Shown one piece after another: positions 60,698-64,000 of a DNA stretch of 64,000 nucleotides (the first letter of the stretch is position 1; each line of letters starts with the position of its first letter). A program made the translations under genes and the position numbers. Source of the DNA: Candidatus Eiseniibacteriota bacterium (lineage in GTDB: Bacteria > Eisenbacteria > RBG-16-71-46 > CAVPCR01); the NCBI GenBank assembly GCA_963702435.1, contig CAVPCR010000004.1, positions 640,001-704,000 of the forward strand, given 5' to 3'. The notes under the pieces were generated by a model that saw only the letters and a list, made by a program, of their open reading frames with translations, was not told the origin of the DNA and made no database searches.

Positions 60698-62935
60698 CTA
60701 CCGGACCTCGCCGCGCACGCCGAAGTTGTCGAGGCAGAGCATCGCCTTGTCGGTCGAGTTCTGCGCCCAGAGGGTGATCGTGAAACGATCCTTCCCGGCG
60801 ACGAGCGCGGTCAGATCGTGGGTGATATCACGATTGTCGAGCGCGGCCCCCGCCGCGACCGGACTCGAGCGGCCGCCCGCCTTGAGCTCGATGCGCACGG
60901 CCGTTCCGCGCAGCACGAGGTCGTAGATCTCGGCGCGCGCGAACTTCCGGCCGGGCGCCGCGGTGAACGTGTAGGCGACCTGCCCCGACTTCCCCGGATG
61001 CAAGGACAGGCCGTAGGTGCCGGGATAGAAGCCCTCGATGAGCTCCGCATCGCGGCGCGAGAACCCGCCGCGGGCGAGGTCGTCCTTGTACTCGAAGGTT
61101 CCGCTGAGCGGAGCGGCGAGCCCGGCCGCGACGAGGCCCTTCTCCATTCGCTCGAGATCGTCGACCGCGTTCTTTCCGATCCGGCCCGCCGTGGCGAGCT
61201 CCGCGGCCTGGCCCTTCGCCGCCGTGAGCTTGGCGGTCGCCGCCACGCGATCCTCATCGCGCCCCGATCGCTTGTAGCGATCCATCGCGGCAGTCGCTTC
61301 CATCTGGAGCTGGGCGGCGCGGAGGAGGTCGGCGTCCGCCTTGAGGCGCGCCTTGACCGGCGGCGGCTCGGCCTGCGCGAGCCGATCGAGCTGCGCGACC
61401 GCCGCCGTCAGCTGGTCGGTCGAGTAGATCCCCGCGGCGCTCTGCGCATCGCCGGTGATCGCGCGATCGGCCGGGACGTTCTCGACCGGCCGGCGGAGAT
61501 CCTTCACCACCTCGATCACACGCGGGGCGGCCGGGCCGTAGCGGGCGCGGCAGAGGTCGGCGAGGATGCTGTCGGCATCGGCTCCCGGGTTCCACATGAG
61601 CTCGAGATCCACGGCCATGAGGAGATCGCTCATGAACCCGCGCTGCAGGTACTCGCGGGACATGCCGCGGGTGCCGGCCTTCTCGTACGTGCGCAGGTTC
61701 CCGGCCAGCACGTCGATCGTCAGGTCGGGAACGGGCCACGGGCACGCGTAATCCCGGGCCATGATCTGGCGCGCGATCCCCGCCCAGCCGTCCAGGCGGC
61801 GCTTGAATGCGGCGTTCGTCGAGCAACCGCGCTCGTCGATGGCATGCACCTGGCACACGCTGAAGCGCGCCACCACCGGGATCAGGTTGGCGTTCAGGCG
61901 GATGCCCTTCTCGTAGGGCGGCTCGACGAGATCGGCATAGGCGTAGAACGCGAGATAGCGATCGGGGTGGCGCGCGGCCACGCGCTCGGCGACCTTGTTC
62001 GCGAAGCGGACGTAGCGCGTGGTGAGATCGGGGCCGTCGCTCTTGCAGGCCGTGCACGTGCAGAAGCGACTGCCGTCGTTCGGGCTCAGGCTGCCGATCT
62101 GGAGGTCGGGCTCGCGCGTGAAGCGGTCGATCCAGTGCTGGGCCGCGATCGCGATGACGTCCGCGTTCGACGTGCAGAGCTGGCCGTCAGCGACGCGCTT
62201 GCCGCCGACCTCGGCGAAGTACTCCGGGTGGTCCTTGAAGTAGGTGGCCGGCGGCATCATCTCCGCGTAGTAGTGCCTGATGATCGCCCGCGTGCCGCCG
62301 CCGCGGTGCCGGCGAGCGAAGAGCTTCAAGGCCTGGCGCTCGGCGTCGGCCGCGCCGGCGAGGACGTTCTCGTTGAACCAGGCTTGCCGGAGGTCGAGCG
62401 CCGGCCGCACCCGGCGGAGCCCCTCCGGAACGCGCACGGTCCAGCTCTTCGGCACCGTGACCCCGTCGGGGCCGGGAGCATGGACGCGCACTCCGAGGTA
62501 GGCGGCCGCCACATCATAGATGGCATTGGCGGTGGCCGCGGGATCGGGGCCCGCGAGAGCCAGGGTCGTCTGGTCGGCGCGGATCGCATAACCACCCGCC
62601 CCGAGCTCGGCCGGGAGGACCGCAAGCCCGGCAGTGAGGGCGGGTTTGCCGATGAGGATCGCCGGCCCGCGGGGCCGGGCGCCGCCCTGCTGGAGCTCGG
62701 GCGACCCGCCGCCGGCGGCCGCGATCCACTCCCGGAGGTCCGAGACCGCCTGCGCCAGGTCGGGGTCCTTGACCTCTGCGGGGTCGACGAGGAGGGCGGC
62801 CGAGCGGCCGTTCTCGATCAGCGGAAACTCGCCGCGGGCGGGGGAGGTCGCAACCAGCGCGGCGACAAGAGGCAGGGCGCAGGAAACCGCAAGGGCCGCC
62901 CGGGTCCGGCGGGCGGGGCCGGCAAGAGCCATCAT
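60698..62935 (-). CDS. Secreted DUF4838-like protein (putative glycoside hydrolase)
   Basis: Signal peptide, GH20/GH67-like N-domain, FKDHPEYFA...QLCTSN, SLSPNDG..FC.C..C, FANKVA, FYAY, LMWNP. Confidence 0.75.
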   Translation of the reverse strand: MMALAGPARRTRAALAVSCALPLVAALVATSPARGEFPLIENGRSAALLVDPAEVKDPDLAQAVSDLREWIAAAGGGSPELQQGGARPRGPAILIGKPALTAGLAVLPAELGAGGYAIRADQTTLALAGPDPAATANAIYDVAAAYLGVRVHAPGPDGVTVPKSWTVRVPEGLRRVRPALDLRQAWFNENVLAGAADAERQALKLFARRHRGGGTRAIIRHYYAEMMPPATYFKDHPEYFAEVGGKRVADGQLCTSNADVIAIAAQHWIDRFTREPDLQIGSLSPNDGSRFCTCTACKSDGPDLTTRYVRFANKVAERVAARHPDRYLAFYAYADLVEPPYEKGIRLNANLIPVVARFSVCQVHAIDERGCSTNAAFKRRLDGWAGIARQIMARDYACPWPVPDLTIDVLAGNLRTYEKAGTRGMSREYLQRGFMSDLLMAVDLELMWNPGADADSILADLCRARYGPAAPRVIEVVKDLRRPVENVPADRAITGDAQSAAGIYSTDQLTAAVAQLDRLAQAEPPPVKARLKADADLLRAAQLQMEATAAMDRYKRSGRDEDRVAATAKLTAAKGQAAELATAGRIGKNAVDDLERMEKGLVAAGLAAPLSGTFEYKDDLARGGFSRRDAELIEGFYPGTYGLSLHPGKSGQVAYTFTAAPGRKFARAEIYDLVLRGTAVRIELKAGGRSSPVAAGAALDNRDITHDLTALVAGKDRFTITLWAQNSTDKAMLCLDNFGVRGEVR

Positions 62936-63082
62936 GGCACGGTTATAGCACACGCGCCGAGACCCGGACCGGAGCGCAGCTCCCGGGCGGCGCGCCCCGC
63001 TCCCCGGTCGGGCCCTCGATCATCTCTCTAAGAGAAGCAATCATAATATGTTACCGGGTTACCCCCGGCTTCACAATGGACA

Positions 63083-63112
63083 TTGACAGAATCACCATCC
63101 GGCTATTAATGT
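63083..63112 (+). promoter_or_regulatory. Candidate sigma70 promoter TTGACA-N18-TAATGT with AT-rich upstream region
   Basis: Consensus -35 in an unusually AT-rich patch; exact -10 ambiguous (TATTAATGT). Confidence 0.55.
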
Positions 63113-63326
63113 GATAGGGAGCCCTCCACCCGTCAGCCAAGACCAACTCGGGGCTTGAGCTTCGAGCAAGAGGGGAGTCCCGGCCTCTTCGCACGCGCTC
63201 TTCGCACGTACGGGCCAGGTTACGACCAGCAGCCGGCACCACCAATTCGAGCCCAGCAATGGGTTCTCGGCCGGGCCCGGAAAAGCACCCGCACACCCAT
63301 CAGGACAATTCCGAGGAGAGTGAATC

Positions 63327-64000
63327 ATGGCGTTTTCGCGACAGAGGGCCCTTCTCGTCCCGGGTCTTCTTGCCCTGTGGGCGACGCAGGCCGCGGCTAT
63401 CGTGCCTGATAGCGACTCGTCGGTCTTCGACATCCCCCTTCCCGCGACTGCGATCCTCCAGGCGCCGCTCGATATGCCGGGCGCCCTCGACGCCGACGAC
63501 CTCATGACCGCACGCTACGGCGGCGACTGGTACGTGCATCTCTGGCATCCCGGCTCGCGGACGCCGCTCGCCATCTACGGCTCGGGCGTCCAGGTGGCGA
63601 GTGCCCCGCTCTCGACCGACGCGCTCGCCGAGCAGGCGGCGATGAGCTTCCTGCAGGCGAACGGGGATGTCCTGCGCGCGGACTCGAGCGACCTCGTGCT
63701 CGACCAGATCGCCCGCGGTGCGGAGCGGGTCGGTGTGCACTTCCAGCAGCGCTTCCACGGGGTCCCGGTCATCGGCGGCCGCGTGAAGTCCCTGTTCACC
63801 GACGAGGGTCGTCTTGTCCTCTTCGGCTCGTCCTTCTACGGCGACATCGACGTGAGCCCGGTGCCCGCCCTCTCGGCGGCGGAGGCCGAGGGCCGCGCCC
63901 GCGCCGACCTGCCGTTCAATCCGGCCACCGACCAGATCCTCGGCGAGACCGAGCTCTTCGTGCTCCCGGTGGCGCTTCCCGAGGGCGGCGCCGACTATCA
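63327..64000 (+). CDS. Secreted protein with FTP/PepSY-like propeptide (probable M4/M36 metallopeptidase), truncated by the window edge
   Basis: Not in the ORF track (no stop in window). GAGGAG RBS; MAFSRQRALLVPGLLALWATQAAA signal; VHFQQRFHGVPVIGG and PALSAAEA propeptide motifs. Confidence 0.75.
   Translation, partial: MAFSRQRALLVPGLLALWATQAAAIVPDSDSSVFDIPLPATAILQAPLDMPGALDADDLMTARYGGDWYVHLWHPGSRTPLAIYGSGVQVASAPLSTDALAEQAAMSFLQANGDVLRADSSDLVLDQIARGAERVGVHFQQRFHGVPVIGGRVKSLFTDEGRLVLFGSSFYGDIDVSPVPALSAAEAEGRARADLPFNPATDQILGETELFVLPVALPEGGADY

Overview
Very GC-rich bacterial chromosomal window. No rRNA, tRNA, CRISPR array, transposase, integrase or reverse transcriptase could be recognised. The backbone is housekeeping: iscS-like desulfurase, queG, tsaD, priA, ilvC, rho-rpmE-DUF1385-prfA...prmC-murA, selB, ispG, spoVG-like, NFACT/RqcH, yicC-gmk-coaBC-udg-dnaB, radA, ispD-ispF. 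It is repeatedly interrupted by large secreted proteins ending in a FlgD-Ig/T9SS-type C-terminal domain: two tandem BNR beta-propellers, a transglutaminase-elicitor-like/P-domain protein, an S8 protease, an Omp28-like protein and one decayed remnant. One small secreted protein ends instead in a short PVEETTWGxxKxLY tail. This suggests a candidate FCB-superphylum lineage such as Eisenbacteria or Latescibacterota (inference only). The most notable observations are: two alternative C-terminal sorting tails; a Pep-13-like transglutaminase-elicitor protein inserted between prfA and prmC; an unknown Rossmann/Cys-motif gene coupled to queG; about seven +1 insertions confined to rho that look like a two-allele consensus artefact; recombination scars around 33-38 kb; a recurrent leaderless promoter architecture; and many short tandem duplications. 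All calls come from reading motifs by eye; no database searches were run.
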